Of a stretch of 64,000 bases of DNA, positions 1 to 10,374 are shown in pieces. Source of the DNA: a virus. The number at the start of each line of letters is the position of its first letter. The stretch's first letter is position 1. The notes under the pieces were generated by a model. The model was not told the DNA's origin. It saw nothing but the letters and a program-made list of their open reading frames with translations, and searched no databases. The stretch spans positions 1 to 64,000 of the IMG/VR virus record IMGVR_UViG_3300032093_000021. One strand, 5' to 3'. A program made the translations under genes and the position numbers.

Positions 1-357
1 AAACGCCGTGACGTAGTAATCATGAAGACCACTTATAGAAACTGATGACCCATCCGAATTATTCAAGGTCAAAGTATTCGCACTATAATTTAATGTCCCT
101 CCTGTCACAGTTGTCCCACCTGTTCCACCTGAAATAGGTTGCCAACTAGCATTTCCACTGGCGTCAGATGTTAAAACATACCCGTTACTCTCTGATCCAT
201 CTTGGTATCTGAATGAATTGAGAATCGTCAATCCCGAAGAAAAAATTGGATTAATCGGAATCGCACCACCAATCCTATAAACAACACCGGTTGTTAGATC
301 CGATTGTAAAACGTAATTAAACGAATCCTTAATTAATTGACCTGAAATATTAGACAT
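1..357 (-). CDS. Tail fibre-like protein, N-terminal part (runs off window)
   Basis: Manual translation MSNISGQLIK...GYVLTSDASGNASWQPISGGTGG, a motif typical of phage fibres; no stop before the edge; TATTTATC upstream. Confidence 0.6.
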   Translation of the reverse strand, partial: MSNISGQLIKDSFNYVLQSDLTTGVVYRIGGAIPINPIFSSGLTILNSFRYQDGSESNGYVLTSDASGNASWQPISGGTGGTTVTGGTLNYSANTLTLNNSDGSSVSISGLHDYYVTAF

Positions 358-436
358 ACGTAATAAAGATAAATACTTTAGATTCTAAATAAATAAAAGG
401 GGTTGATAAACGTAATTTGAATCATATTTATATGGT

Positions 437-1636
437 ATGAGAAATATTATAATTACAGAATCAAAGTTTAACGAATTAGTTGAATTACTTATGAATGAAG
501 CGGTTGGTGTTCCTGAGAATATTCTTGAAGTATCTGAAGAAATATATAAAAGTTTGTTAGATGAAATTGATAATTTAACATCAGTTGAGGAACAATATGT
601 TTTTAATCTTTCATCCGATTACAGAGTCTCCGATGAAAGTTTTTCAGATTTGAATGTAACACTTATGATTAATTCAGATCCATCGGTTGTGGAACCTTCA
701 ATAGTATCAATGGGACTTGCTTTAAAATCTGCAACCAGAAAAAGTGATTTCAGATTGCAACACGTATTTAACAATTTGGAGGAAATGAGTATCATTCTTT
801 CATTTCCTGAAAATTGGAATTTGGATGATTTAAAAACTTTTTTTATTGAGAACGAATCTGAATTCTTGTCTTCCTTTGCTCACGAGGTTAAACATACTTT
901 TGATTTCAGAAAGAAAAAAGTTGAGAAGTCTGAACCCCACGCTGATTATAAATCCTACGCCGAATTAAGTATCGGAATACCTCCTATAGATAAATTTCTT
1001 TTTTCTTTATATTTCATACATTCTATTGAAAATTTAGTTAGACCTGTAGAGCTTGCATCTTTATTGAAAAGTCATAATGTAACTAGAAAGGAGTTTTATG
1101 ATTATTTTATTGAAACAAAACTTTTTACCACACTAAAAAGAATACAAACTGACACTTACGAAAATTTCAGAGAGGAAATAGGCCAATATTTACCTGACTT
1201 AAGAGATTACCTTAGTACAACCAAAGGACTCAATGATTTAGATCAAATGACAGATGATGAAGTAATTGATATTGTTTTGAATTTAACCTACGAAGCGATT
1301 GCAAACGCAAAATTCAATATAATGATGCAAATGTTACTTGATTCTCCCTTAGAACTAGTAATGGGATTTGCAGGGTCCAAAGATCAATTTTTCAAAAAGT
1401 TTATGAGAAATGTTATTAAATATAAAAACAATCCGAATGAATTTTTTATTTCAGAATTTAATAATTTCAAGATTGTTTCAACAAAAATGATAAAGAAATT
1501 ATCAAAGTTATTTTCAATAGTACCGGTTAAAAAAACTGAGACCACCGAATCAAAGTCAATCAAAAATTGGGACTTACATCATAAGTACAAAGGGACAAAA
1601 AAATTATTCCCTATAAAACGAAAAACCACAACTTAA
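437..1636 (+). CDS. Hypothetical zincin-like (HExxH) protein with IITES leader
   Basis: FAHEVKH motif; N-terminus MRNIIITES; TATTTATA 4 nt before ATG. Confidence 0.55.
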   Translation: MRNIIITESKFNELVELLMNEAVGVPENILEVSEEIYKSLLDEIDNLTSVEEQYVFNLSSDYRVSDESFSDLNVTLMINSDPSVVEPSIVSMGLALKSATRKSDFRLQHVFNNLEEMSIILSFPENWNLDDLKTFFIENESEFLSSFAHEVKHTFDFRKKKVEKSEPHADYKSYAELSIGIPPIDKFLFSLYFIHSIENLVRPVELASLLKSHNVTRKEFYDYFIETKLFTTLKRIQTDTYENFREEIGQYLPDLRDYLSTTKGLNDLDQMTDDEVIDIVLNLTYEAIANAKFNIMMQMLLDSPLELVMGFAGSKDQFFKKFMRNVIKYKNNPNEFFISEFNNFKIVSTKMIKKLSKLFSIVPVKKTETTESKSIKNWDLHHKYKGTKKLFPIKRKTTT

Positions 1637-1652
1637 TGTTGTGGTTCTTTTT
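1624..1652. terminator. Bidirectional intrinsic terminator
   Basis: aaccacaac-ttaat-gttgtggtt flanked by A and T runs between convergent genes. Confidence 0.7.
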
Positions 1653-2108
1653 TTACTTGAGAAATCTCAATTTATATAGTGTGGATTGGATTAACTGAAT
1701 AACGTTATCAATTTGATTATCAAGATAAGAATCTTTAACATCTTTTCTCAATTTTTCTACGAGAGATGCCAGATCTTGGAAATATGTAATTGTCTTTTCA
1801 ACACTTTCAAATTGTTTTACGCCATCGCAAGTGTAGTTTTCTATGATTCCGTATTTGCCTTGGTATGATTCAACAAGATCATCCATAATACCTACAATCC
1901 CGGAATAATAATCTTCATAAGCTTTGTGAGCCGCAAAACTACCGGTCTTAATAACTTGCCAGTGAAATATCTGAACCTGATTTCTTGAAGTTAAAAGTTT
2001 GGATATCATCTTTTCGAATCCTTTAGAACCTTTTTCTGATTGTTCAGAAATCATATCACTTCTCAATTTGAGAGTTAAAATATCTTTTTTTGTCATTTCT
2101 TTTTCCAT
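1653..2108 (-). CDS. Ferritin/Dps-like protein (DUF5856-like)
   Basis: FHWQ...AHKAYEDYY...DDLVESYQG four-helix iron-binding pattern. Confidence 0.75.
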   Translation of the reverse strand: MEKEMTKKDILTLKLRSDMISEQSEKGSKGFEKMISKLLTSRNQVQIFHWQVIKTGSFAAHKAYEDYYSGIVGIMDDLVESYQGKYGIIENYTCDGVKQFESVEKTITYFQDLASLVEKLRKDVKDSYLDNQIDNVIQLIQSTLYKLRFLK

Positions 2109-2129
2109 TTTGTATTTTACTATAAATAT

Positions 2130-2330
2130 CTATTTTATATCTAAAATAAATTTCTCAGTGTCCTTTATTTTTTTCATCACTTCTTCAACAGTATCGTCTG
2201 TGTAAACACCATTACCATCCATAGTGTAAACAACTGTCTGAACTCCCACTTTTCTAATTCTTATGATGAATGTAGGATTAACTAATTCAAAATCATCATT
2301 TCTCTTTAATTTGATAAATTTAGTAGTCAT
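2130..2330 (-). CDS. FlbD/SwrD-like small protein
   Basis: FIKL...LVNPTFI...TVVYTMDG...VEEVMKKI pattern. Confidence 0.5.
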   Translation of the reverse strand: MTTKFIKLKRNDDFELVNPTFIIRIRKVGVQTVVYTMDGNGVYTDDTVEEVMKKIKDTEKFILDIK

Positions 2331-2563
2331 CTTTTTTCAATTATATATTTTCCATTAATATAAACATTTTTTCCTTCTGAGTCAATAAACCTAATACCAT
2401 CAGGAGTTGTCTCAACCTTATCTGTTCTATATCTATGTCTATCCTGATAGATAAAAATATTGTAAGGTTCCATTTTCTTTTCATTCTTTATACCAGCATA
2501 AAGTAAAAATGTAAAAAAACATGTTACAAGGAAAGAAAGAAGTAATTTTTGAATTGTTGTCAT
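2327..2563 (-). CDS. Hypothetical membrane-anchored protein
   Basis: N-terminal hydrophobic helix; ATGA-coupled. Confidence 0.6.
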   Translation of the reverse strand: MTTIQKLLLSFLVTCFFTFLLYAGIKNEKKMEPYNIFIYQDRHRYRTDKVETTPDGIRFIDSEGKNVYINGKYIIEKR

Positions 2564-2564
2564 A

Positions 2565-2960
2565 TTATTTTAATTTTTTGACGTAATATCTAATGTTTAT
2601 CTTATCATTGAACCAAGTGACCGACAACATACTTTCACCATTTTTGAAGTCAACTACATGGATGGTGCATTTAGTTTCTGTGACAAACTCGTAACCGTCA
2701 TATGAGTTTCCCTTGAAAGTGTTCCCGGATATATCCACAGATTCATCATCAACTAGAAAGTAAGCATTTTCCTTTGCTTGAACATGTATAAATCTTTTAT
2801 AGATGTGAATAGGTATATCAACATCTTCGTTGGTTGAACTCAATTTCCAAGTGTTATTTTGCAAGCCATATATCTCTGTTCTATAAGCGCTGTATTTTGA
2901 TTGAGAGAATGTTGCAATTGTAATGAACAACGCGAAAATTAGTGTTGTGATTTTTTTCAT
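2565..2960 (-). CDS. Hypothetical secreted protein
   Basis: Sec signal MKKITTLIFALFITIATFS-Q with Gln at +1, typical of Bacteroidota. Confidence 0.65.
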   Translation of the reverse strand: MKKITTLIFALFITIATFSQSKYSAYRTEIYGLQNNTWKLSSTNEDVDIPIHIYKRFIHVQAKENAYFLVDDESVDISGNTFKGNSYDGYEFVTETKCTIHVVDFKNGESMLSVTWFNDKINIRYYVKKLK

Positions 2961-2965
2961 TTTTT

Positions 2966-4090
2966 TTAATTTGAGAGTGGTATTTTAATTGTTGGATGAC
3001 TTTGATAATTTTCAATTACAAAATCAGTATTATCTAAATGAGTTATAAGTGATAGATCTTCAGATAAGGTTCTATAGAACTCATCTGTCTTCATATGTTT
3101 AAGAGTTGGTAGTTTATATGGTTTTCTTGTTATCTGTTCTTTAACACCATCAATTTGATTATTATAGATATGACAATCACCCATATTTGTAATCAATTCA
3201 TCAGGAACCATATTAACCATTTTCGCAATAATCTCTAACAATAAAGCGTAAGATGCAATGTTAAACGGTGTTCCTAATGGGACATCTTGACTTCTGGCAT
3301 TATACATTAGAGAAATTGCTCGCTGTGGCCCATTTTTGAGTTTTTCTTCTAATGTTAATGTGTCAAAATCATTCAAATCCTTTTTAGTGGGAATCAAGTT
3401 AATTTTCTCATCCATACTCAACTCTCTTGTATAAACTTGGAATCCATAATGACAAGGTGGTAAAACCATTTGATCCAACTCACCTACATTCCAAGCATTA
3501 ACCATCAACCTACGACTATCAGGATTTGTTTTGAGTTCGGAGATTAGGTTTGCGATTTGGTCAATACCCGTTCTATATAAATTTTGATTCCATTTCTCAA
3601 AATTATCTGCATCTTCTTTTGTTAATTTCCATTTACCGTTCCAGTCTCTCCACTGCCTACCATATATCGGTCCTAGTTCACCCCACTTATTTGCAAACTC
3701 ATTATCGGTTTTGATTTTGTTGATGAATTCTTCTTTTGATTCTTTACTATTTAATAACTGTGTAACAGCCCGTTCCTTTGCTTCTGCAGGTTCAATTTTA
3801 ATGGTTTCGTTTAAGTATCTCTTATATGCATCACCATCCCAAATATGACAATCATTGTCTACAAGATATTTGATATTTGTATCACCACGTAGAAACCAAA
3901 GCAACTCAGTTATGATACCTTTGGTATACATTTTCTTTGTAGTTAATAATGGGAATCCTTCTTCCATTCGGTGAACTATTTTCCAACCGAATACAGATCT
4001 AGTACCTGTTTCAGTTCTATCACTCTTATTATTACCAAACACTAATATGTGTTCAAGTAGTTCTTTGTATTGTCTGTCTATATTATTCAT
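2966..4090 (-). CDS. thyA: Thymidylate synthase
   Basis: DRTETGT, ELLWFLRG, LGPIYG, RRLMVNAWN, LPPCH, RSQDVPLGTPFNIASY, GDCHIY. Confidence 0.97.
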   Translation of the reverse strand: MNNIDRQYKELLEHILVFGNNKSDRTETGTRSVFGWKIVHRMEEGFPLLTTKKMYTKGIITELLWFLRGDTNIKYLVDNDCHIWDGDAYKRYLNETIKIEPAEAKERAVTQLLNSKESKEEFINKIKTDNEFANKWGELGPIYGRQWRDWNGKWKLTKEDADNFEKWNQNLYRTGIDQIANLISELKTNPDSRRLMVNAWNVGELDQMVLPPCHYGFQVYTRELSMDEKINLIPTKKDLNDFDTLTLEEKLKNGPQRAISLMYNARSQDVPLGTPFNIASYALLLEIIAKMVNMVPDELITNMGDCHIYNNQIDGVKEQITRKPYKLPTLKHMKTDEFYRTLSEDLSLITHLDNTDFVIENYQSHPTIKIPLSN

Positions 4091-4281
4091 AAATTTTTCA
4101 AATTTTCAATTATATTTTTATTCATCTCTGTGCAGAAATCTCGTTCAAGTATATTCTTTAGTGCTTCTTCCGCATCAACACCTGTTTCGCTTGTTGCCAT
4201 TTCAATACACTCATCATCTGTTTTGTTATGCCAAAAGGATAAATGTTTTAATAACTGATTACCATCTATTTTAAGATTCAT
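4087..4281 (-). CDS. Hypothetical protein
   Basis: ORF coupled to thyA. Confidence 0.55.
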   Translation of the reverse strand: MNLKIDGNQLLKHLSFWHNKTDDECIEMATSETGVDAEEALKNILERDFCTEMNKNIIENLKNL

Positions 4282-4510
4282 TTTCTACCGGATTGTTTTT
4301 ATATACCCACAAGTGATTATAACAATTTAATATGGTTAATTCAAGTTGAAATGCCGGACTATGATCATCTTCGTATCTGTCCCAATTAATATTGAACTTG
4401 AAGATGTTTATACCATCAGAGAATGGTCTGATTACTGCAAATAGTTGTATTTCCCAAAATAGATTCCTTTTCTTTGATAGTGTTCCGAATTTTACGATAC
4501 CTAAATTCAT
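4271..4510 (-). CDS. Hypothetical protein
   Basis: ORF in co-directional array. Confidence 0.55.
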   Translation of the reverse strand: MNLGIVKFGTLSKKRNLFWEIQLFAVIRPFSDGINIFKFNINWDRYEDDHSPAFQLELTILNCYNHLWVYKNNPVENES

Positions 4511-4880
4511 TTTTTTGTTTTAATATCTTTGATAGAAAGAATTAAACCCACAATAATCACTATTGAGAATAAAGTAAAATAAATTATCGTAGGTATGTTC
4601 ATTTAATTGGTTTTTTCTAATTATAGTAAGATCTAAACATAATAACCGCAAAAATTACCAATGAAATTAAAGCCAAGAAAAAAGATACGGTAGACCCTTT
4701 ATCTTTATCCTTGATGAATTTAGGTAATATTTCCGCTAACGCAAGTAGTATATACCCGATCGCTAAAGTTATTATCATATTATTTTATTTTACGAATTTG
4801 TTTTTCAACATCAATTATACCAAAAATACAAATACCAATCAACAGTCCAAATACGGCACCAACAATTATTTCTCCCATAG

Positions 4881-5126
4881 TTATACAATTAAATCATCTA
4901 AATTAATTCCGTGATCATTCATTTCTTGCCACAGTTTTTCAAATACTTTATCAACAGCATCATAGGCATCCAGCTTGTCAAACTCAATTTGGTTGTGAAT
5001 ACTTTTTTTAGTATTGTGAGCCATTTCCCATAACACAAGAGCCATATCCAAGGATTTTACCGCTCTCATGTGAGCTCTTGAGTCGTCCTGATCGTTGAGA
5101 TCAAATTTGAGAATTGCCTTCGCCAT
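4881..5126 (-). CDS. Hypothetical phage protein
   Basis: MAKAILKFDL-type N-terminus common in phage small proteins. Confidence 0.6.
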   Translation of the reverse strand: MAKAILKFDLNDQDDSRAHMRAVKSLDMALVLWEMAHNTKKSIHNQIEFDKLDAYDAVDKVFEKLWQEMNDHGINLDDLIV

Positions 5127-5130
5127 ATAT

Positions 5131-5313
5131 TTATTTTTTCTTTATTCTTATAATTTGAATTTCTTTTACATTTGAACCAATATTACCAGTGGCTCTAATT
5201 TGTCTTTCAGCTTCTGAACTTGAATCAGATTCCATAATGAGAGTGGTTCCTTGTGATAATTTACTATTATTTGCATAAACCAAATAATAACTTACTTCAT
5301 AATGATTTGCCAT
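5131..5313 (-). CDS. Hypothetical protein (start MANHY)
   Basis: A-rich leader before ATG at 5313. Confidence 0.5.
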   Translation of the reverse strand: MANHYEVSYYLVYANNSKLSQGTTLIMESDSSSEAERQIRATGNIGSNVKEIQIIRIKKK

Positions 5314-5551
5314 TTTTTTTCTTTTTTTGTTTTTTATTTTTCTTTTCTGCCAATACCGCAACATCAAAACCCGTTTCTATCCCAGTCTCCCAAAATCTTT
5401 CAATGTTGAACTCCACTGTTGATCCCACTTCTAATCCTTCTACAGATTGATATGGTTGTATCGGTAAGGTGAGGCTCATATATATCTCCGAAGTAATCAA
5501 TGTAAATCTAACCCCCAAACCTGTTCCGTGTTTTTGTATTATTCCTTTCAT
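5297..5551 (-). CDS. Hypothetical protein
   Basis: TATCTTTG promoter 4 nt before ATG; similar N-terminus to 5567..5959. Confidence 0.55.
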   Translation of the reverse strand: MKGIIQKHGTGLGVRFTLITSEIYMSLTLPIQPYQSVEGLEVGSTVEFNIERFWETGIETGFDVAVLAEKKNKKQKKKKNGKSL

Positions 5552-5555
5552 ATCA

Positions 5556-5563
5556 CAAAGATA
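5556..5563 (-). promoter_or_regulatory. Bacteroidota -7 promoter element TATCTTTG
   Basis: Matches TAnnTTTG; the same TATCTTTGTGATATG string occurs at 45648-45662. Confidence 0.7.
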
Positions 5564-5566
5564 AGA

Positions 5567-5959
5567 TTATTTTTTGATATATTGATCTCTCATCCATTTC
5601 GCACCGAGTTTGAACGCATTGATCTTACTTGAAGATTCTATTTTGGTTGACAACTCAACCATCGCCGTTTCTATTTTCCTGTCAGAAATTTCTTCACAAA
5701 GAGTCATGGTCCCTTCCAACTCCGGATAATCAGATTTGATTAATTTAGCGTAGATTTTAGTTTCATCCGCCAAAAATACTTTCATTAATTCAAATTCAAC
5801 TTCCTTCCCATCTTTTAATACTATGATAGGTTGATTCGCGTTCATATCAAAAGTTTCCCTGAAAATCGGTATCTGACCACCTTCACTAGAAAATAGATCT
5901 TTTTCAAATTTATATTCAACAACCCAAGATTCGTCTATTTTGCGTAAAATACCTTTCAT
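5567..5959 (-). CDS. Hypothetical protein
   Basis: 130-aa ORF in array. Confidence 0.6.
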   Translation of the reverse strand: MKGILRKIDESWVVEYKFEKDLFSSEGGQIPIFRETFDMNANQPIIVLKDGKEVEFELMKVFLADETKIYAKLIKSDYPELEGTMTLCEEISDRKIETAMVELSTKIESSSKINAFKLGAKWMRDQYIKK

Positions 5960-5961
5960 AT

Positions 5962-6234
5962 TTACTTTTTTATTGATATTGCCGTTCCATCATACCATCC
6001 AAAAATTTCATGTTGAAACTCATTCGATACTTCAAATTTTTCAAGATCAATTGATACTTCCTCAAAAAAACTTTCGTTCGGAAATCTTACCGAAATTTTT
6101 GAACCGGTATTCTCTATCAGGTTCTTATATTCTTTAATGTCCAAAAATTTAGTTTCTCCATCAGGACTCATAACTGTAGCCCCAGTGATTTTTCGGTTCT
6201 CGATCAAATAACTTAATAAAGATATATTATTCAT
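5962..6234 (-). CDS. Hypothetical protein
   Basis: ORF in array. Confidence 0.55.
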   Translation of the reverse strand: MNNISLLSYLIENRKITGATVMSPDGETKFLDIKEYKNLIENTGSKISVRFPNESFFEEVSIDLEKFEVSNEFQHEIFGWYDGTAISIKK

Positions 6235-6601
6235 TACCTTTTAATTTTTCAGCTTCCATTTTTCCATCATCAGTCAAACTGTAAAGAATATCACCATCTT
6301 CACCCACACCAAGTTGAACCAAATTCTTTTCAACCAAACCGCTTAATGTTTCAGATACAAGTTCTTCGGTCGCTCTTTTGAAAGTTTCTTCAAACTCAAC
6401 TTCATCAAAAACGTAACTTTCGCTTTTACCTGTAATGTATTCAGACCACTTCCTGTTCGCCTCTTTTCTGACAATTTTACACCAAATTTTAGTGAAGTCA
6501 GGATCCATTTGTTGATCCTCCGGAAGTTCTAAATCTGTTTCTAATACTGATTCAATGATCGCGTTTGCGTAGTCGTCTCCGGACATAATGTTTTCTAACA
6601 T
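6227..6601 (-). CDS. Hypothetical protein, possible winged helix
   Basis: LSGLVEKNLV...YSLTDDG C-terminal wHTH-like pattern. Confidence 0.5.
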   Translation of the reverse strand: MLENIMSGDDYANAIIESVLETDLELPEDQQMDPDFTKIWCKIVRKEANRKWSEYITGKSESYVFDEVEFEETFKRATEELVSETLSGLVEKNLVQLGVGEDGDILYSLTDDGKMEAEKLKGNE

Positions 6602-6604
6602 AAT

Positions 6605-8470
6605 TTATTTTTTTATAAGTTTGAATGTAAAATTAGTCATTAAATCGTTATAAACCAAAACTTTTATGAAAAAAAATCCTGAACTTACTAAATTATTGAT
6701 ATTGAGTGTATTTTGACCATTAATAAATTTCCTTTGATCAAATACTAATTTACCGGATGCGTCGTAAATGAATACCTCTTGATCATATTTATATTTTCCG
6801 AAATCTGATATAAGATTTGAACCCTGAAGATAAACGTTTACTTTATTAGTTGAATTTATATTTGGATAGATTGTTCTGGTCTCATTTAGTTCCAAAACAC
6901 CATTAAAACTAAAACCCCATATCCAAAATTTTGAATTCGCCCCTCCATCTCCATCAACAACCAAATAATATGTTTTACCAATTTCAGAAGTAAAACAATG
7001 TTGTTGATTATATTGTGTTCCGGCGGTAGTTCCATATATTGAAGGTCTTGGACAAGAAACAACCTGCCAGTTTGGGTCATTAGTTGGAGTTTTTGATACT
7101 TGAGTGCATGGATCGTTATCATTATCTAAATTCACATCTGTAACAACTATACTTTGTAATGCCACACTAGTTCCACTAATACCACTAATGGATAAACACG
7201 TATTAGATGCTGTCGCAGTATATTTGATCCAAACATCATTATTATTTGCAAAGTTCCAACCACAGGTAGCACCTCCAATGGTTCCAAAACTATTGGTGTT
7301 AGGTCCTCCTAAAGAACCTGGCATCTGTGTGCTACCGGACATTCCCGTTGTGTTGGCACATATCGGAGAAGAACCATCCCATACTATAGGATTGGAGCAA
7401 TTATCTCCGGTTGTTCCTTGTGAAATAATATTAGGATCCCCAAAGAAAAGACGAATATCATCAATACAAGGTGGGAAAGCAGTCGTTTCACTAAATATAA
7501 TTTTCCAAGTTCCATCAGCGTTTCCTGTGAAATTAGAATAATAAGTAGGAGTTCCTTGATATTGAGCATTGAAATATCCATTTTTACCTATCGCAGTTAA
7601 TGGCGCTCCTCCATTAAAATCATTCAAAACATTTGGATTATTCAAACAAGTCGTAAAACTAACAAGATTAAGATAATGGGTTCCTGTTGCAGAGGTTGAT
7701 AATCCTCCACTGTATATACCATAACATGTTCCGTTAGGGGACATTATTCTGATCTGTAAAGCGTCAAAATTTTTAGTCCCGGTCCCACAATCATTAAGTC
7801 CTAAAGAAACTAGTAATAGCTGATTGACAGAAGTCATATTTCCAACACCACTAACAGGAATATTAAATACACTCGGAGATGAAGATCCGGGATTTGCACA
7901 AGAACCTGTAGCGTTATCAAGATTTATTATGGGATTATTATCAAGCGTAAATATTTTTCTCGGGGTAGTTGAAACAGTATATGAGAATATCGTAGCATTT
8001 GAAGCTGGTCTATTTTCAACGGAGCAAAAAGTTCTTGGGGCGTTTCCACAACCATTTCCAAATATTTCATCTCCTCCACCACTATGCCAAGCACTAACGA
8101 TATACTTTACTACAGTTCCCGCAGGTTGAGCCGGTATTGTCCCAAAAACAGCATCAACAACAGGAGAACCAAAGTTATGATCAAATGTTACATTTACAAC
8201 TTGTGTGGTTCCATTTCCAACACCAAAAGCCCCGGATGGATTACTTCCATCAGTTGTATAATAAATTCTTGCTTGATTCCAATAGAACTGAAATTCAATT
8301 TTGAATCCAATCTTTACTGATTGAGTTCTATTTGGTGTCATTACATCTCTGAATTGTAAGGATGTAAGTCCTATGGTATTTGTCGTTGCTTCATGATATA
8401 CATAATCCGCCTCAGCGAAACAAAATAAATGGATAAGAAGTCCTAATAGAAATATGAAAATTTTTTTCAT
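6605..8470 (-). CDS. Secreted multidomain protein with T9SS type A sorting domain
   Basis: Signal peptide; IYYTTDGSNP FN3-like unit; P-domain-like SPNGT...ADGTW; C-terminal IYDASGKLV...SGFFFIKV...FKLIKK. Confidence 0.75.
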   Translation of the reverse strand: MKKIFIFLLGLLIHLFCFAEADYVYHEATTNTIGLTSLQFRDVMTPNRTQSVKIGFKIEFQFYWNQARIYYTTDGSNPSGAFGVGNGTTQVVNVTFDHNFGSPVVDAVFGTIPAQPAGTVVKYIVSAWHSGGGDEIFGNGCGNAPRTFCSVENRPASNATIFSYTVSTTPRKIFTLDNNPIINLDNATGSCANPGSSSPSVFNIPVSGVGNMTSVNQLLLVSLGLNDCGTGTKNFDALQIRIMSPNGTCYGIYSGGLSTSATGTHYLNLVSFTTCLNNPNVLNDFNGGAPLTAIGKNGYFNAQYQGTPTYYSNFTGNADGTWKIIFSETTAFPPCIDDIRLFFGDPNIISQGTTGDNCSNPIVWDGSSPICANTTGMSGSTQMPGSLGGPNTNSFGTIGGATCGWNFANNNDVWIKYTATASNTCLSISGISGTSVALQSIVVTDVNLDNDNDPCTQVSKTPTNDPNWQVVSCPRPSIYGTTAGTQYNQQHCFTSEIGKTYYLVVDGDGGANSKFWIWGFSFNGVLELNETRTIYPNINSTNKVNVYLQGSNLISDFGKYKYDQEVFIYDASGKLVFDQRKFINGQNTLNINNLVSSGFFFIKVLVYNDLMTNFTFKLIKK

Positions 8471-9582
8471 AAATTAACTATTTTTAAGGTTTTGGTGTAA
8501 AATGTATATCTGTAGTAAATTGTTATATTCAAATAATAAAACCCTTTTGGAAGTTGGTAAACCTTATTTCCCCTAAAAATCATTCTTTCAATACCTATCG
8601 ATCTTCCGTCAGAAAGATAAGAAGAAATGTTCACTTGTGTTTCTAAATCGGTATTGAATACTATTGTATTTCCAAAAATTTTATATTGAAACCCGGATGG
8701 TAAACCTGGTCTGATGGTTGTATTATTTTGCAGATCTAAAGTCACATCACATATACAACCTTTTCTAATTGTATCTTGAATCCATATTTGGTTATTAGGG
8801 TTATTGAAAGCCCCGGGTGTTGCTGAAGCCGCAGAACCTGTAATCCAATTAGTAGAGGTATAATACCCACTTAAATCAAGTCCATTGTATGCATAGAATG
8901 TGTTAGCACCATTAGTTGTTGCAACTAAAGGAGCCAAAGAGTTTCCAACCATATTAGCCGCAGCTCCACAAGATGATAAAGTGGTCCTACCGTAAACTAC
9001 CGCATGGACTAAATTGAATGAAGGATCTCTTAATTGTAAACCATCACCGGCATTAGCAGCATTTATTGTATTCCAATTACCAACACCATATGTCAAACAA
9101 TCTGAATATGATAACTTTGTGCTACAACTCAAAGCGGCAGGTGCCGTAGTGCATGATTCCAAAGAAACATGATTTGCAGGTAAAACATAAACACAATCAT
9201 TATTAAAATCGTATGGATCATCAGGAGGAATTGATAAATCACGATCCAAATCATTATAGATTATAATAATAGCACCCACAGGTAATCTTGTCCAAGGCGC
9301 AACATTTTTGAATCTTAAATGACCATTTGCAAACCCACTCCCGAAATTGTTACTCGAAGGTGAAAAGGTTCCATCATTATCATCAATTACCCAACCCGCA
9401 CAATTTAATGAATTGGTAAAACAACCACGAAGGCTTGCCGCAGTTGGTGTAGTTGGAGCTACAAGTAATTCAATCCACTCTTTAGATCCTGATGGACCAT
9501 TTGAAAACTCATTAATTCTTAGCGTCTGTCCAAATATTGTTAAACACAGTATTTGAAATAATATTATTAATTTTAACTTCAT
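8467..9582 (-). CDS. Secreted lamin-tail-domain protein with T9SS-like tail
   Basis: Signal peptide; LRINEF...EWIELL...ATPG; C-terminal LPKGFYYL...TLKIV. Confidence 0.7.
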   Translation of the reverse strand: MKLKLIILFQILCLTIFGQTLRINEFSNGPSGSKEWIELLVAPTTPTAASLRGCFTNSLNCAGWVIDDNDGTFSPSSNNFGSGFANGHLRFKNVAPWTRLPVGAIIIIYNDLDRDLSIPPDDPYDFNNDCVYVLPANHVSLESCTTAPAALSCSTKLSYSDCLTYGVGNWNTINAANAGDGLQLRDPSFNLVHAVVYGRTTLSSCGAAANMVGNSLAPLVATTNGANTFYAYNGLDLSGYYTSTNWITGSAASATPGAFNNPNNQIWIQDTIRKGCICDVTLDLQNNTTIRPGLPSGFQYKIFGNTIVFNTDLETQVNISSYLSDGRSIGIERMIFRGNKVYQLPKGFYYLNITIYYRYTFYTKTLKIVNL

Positions 9583-9732
9583 ACATCATTGGTCATAAGG
9601 ATCCGGACTACAAATATGTTTTCTCCACCATCTACCAAAAACTGTATTCTCATTTTTAGAAACAATTTTCTCCCCTATGATTAAACCAAAAAGATAAATA
9701 AAAATAATAGAAATAATAAACAAAATCATAAA

Positions 9733-10368
9733 TTAATTTTTGAAAATTTTGAAAGTATAATAATCATAAAACTTATTTTGAACATAAACCCTAACATAGT
9801 TCAACCCTTTTGACAAAAAAAGATTTGTATTCAAGGAAAGATTTTTTTTAACTTGACTGAATTGTGAATATGTTAATCTTCCATTATTATCAAAAACGGA
9901 TATATTTACATTTTCCGTCAAAGATCCAAAATCAAAATTCAAAAAACCTTTATCAAAAAAAACTTTATATTGTTGATTTTCTCTTATAAAAACTATTCCC
10001 GGTCTATTTTCCAACGATAGAACACCCAATGTTATAACAACCTCCAAAAACCCCATATCAGGATTAGAAACACAAGATGTCTCAGCTTTCGCCCTGAACT
10101 TAATTTCAGTAAGTGGTAATCTTGGAACCAAAACCCAAATAGAGTCATTAGGTCCAATATTGTGATCAATAGCGGGATCGGTGTCCGCTTTGGTCCTTAT
10201 CACAACCGGACAAGATTGTTTATTTTTAACTGTGAAAATGTAATTCCCATTGTCATACCCGACAACACGAATAAGAACAACATTGTTTTCAAAGAATTGA
10301 CCCCCATTTTGAGAAAATCCAAAAGATGAAAGTAAAGATAAGATGACGGATAAAAATACCTTTTTCAT
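9733..10368 (-). CDS. Secreted protein with T9SS-like sorting tail
   Basis: Signal peptide ending FS-Q; VFDNNGRL...LSKGLNYVRV...FKIFKN. Confidence 0.7.
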   Translation of the reverse strand: MKKVFLSVILSLLSSFGFSQNGGQFFENNVVLIRVVGYDNGNYIFTVKNKQSCPVVIRTKADTDPAIDHNIGPNDSIWVLVPRLPLTEIKFRAKAETSCVSNPDMGFLEVVITLGVLSLENRPGIVFIRENQQYKVFFDKGFLNFDFGSLTENVNISVFDNNGRLTYSQFSQVKKNLSLNTNLFLSKGLNYVRVYVQNKFYDYYTFKIFKN

Positions 10369-10374
10369 AAATTA

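Noticed and set aside
2966-4090. Intron or intein in thyA
   Set aside because: Continuous ORF; extra length is short loop insertions with no splicing motifs
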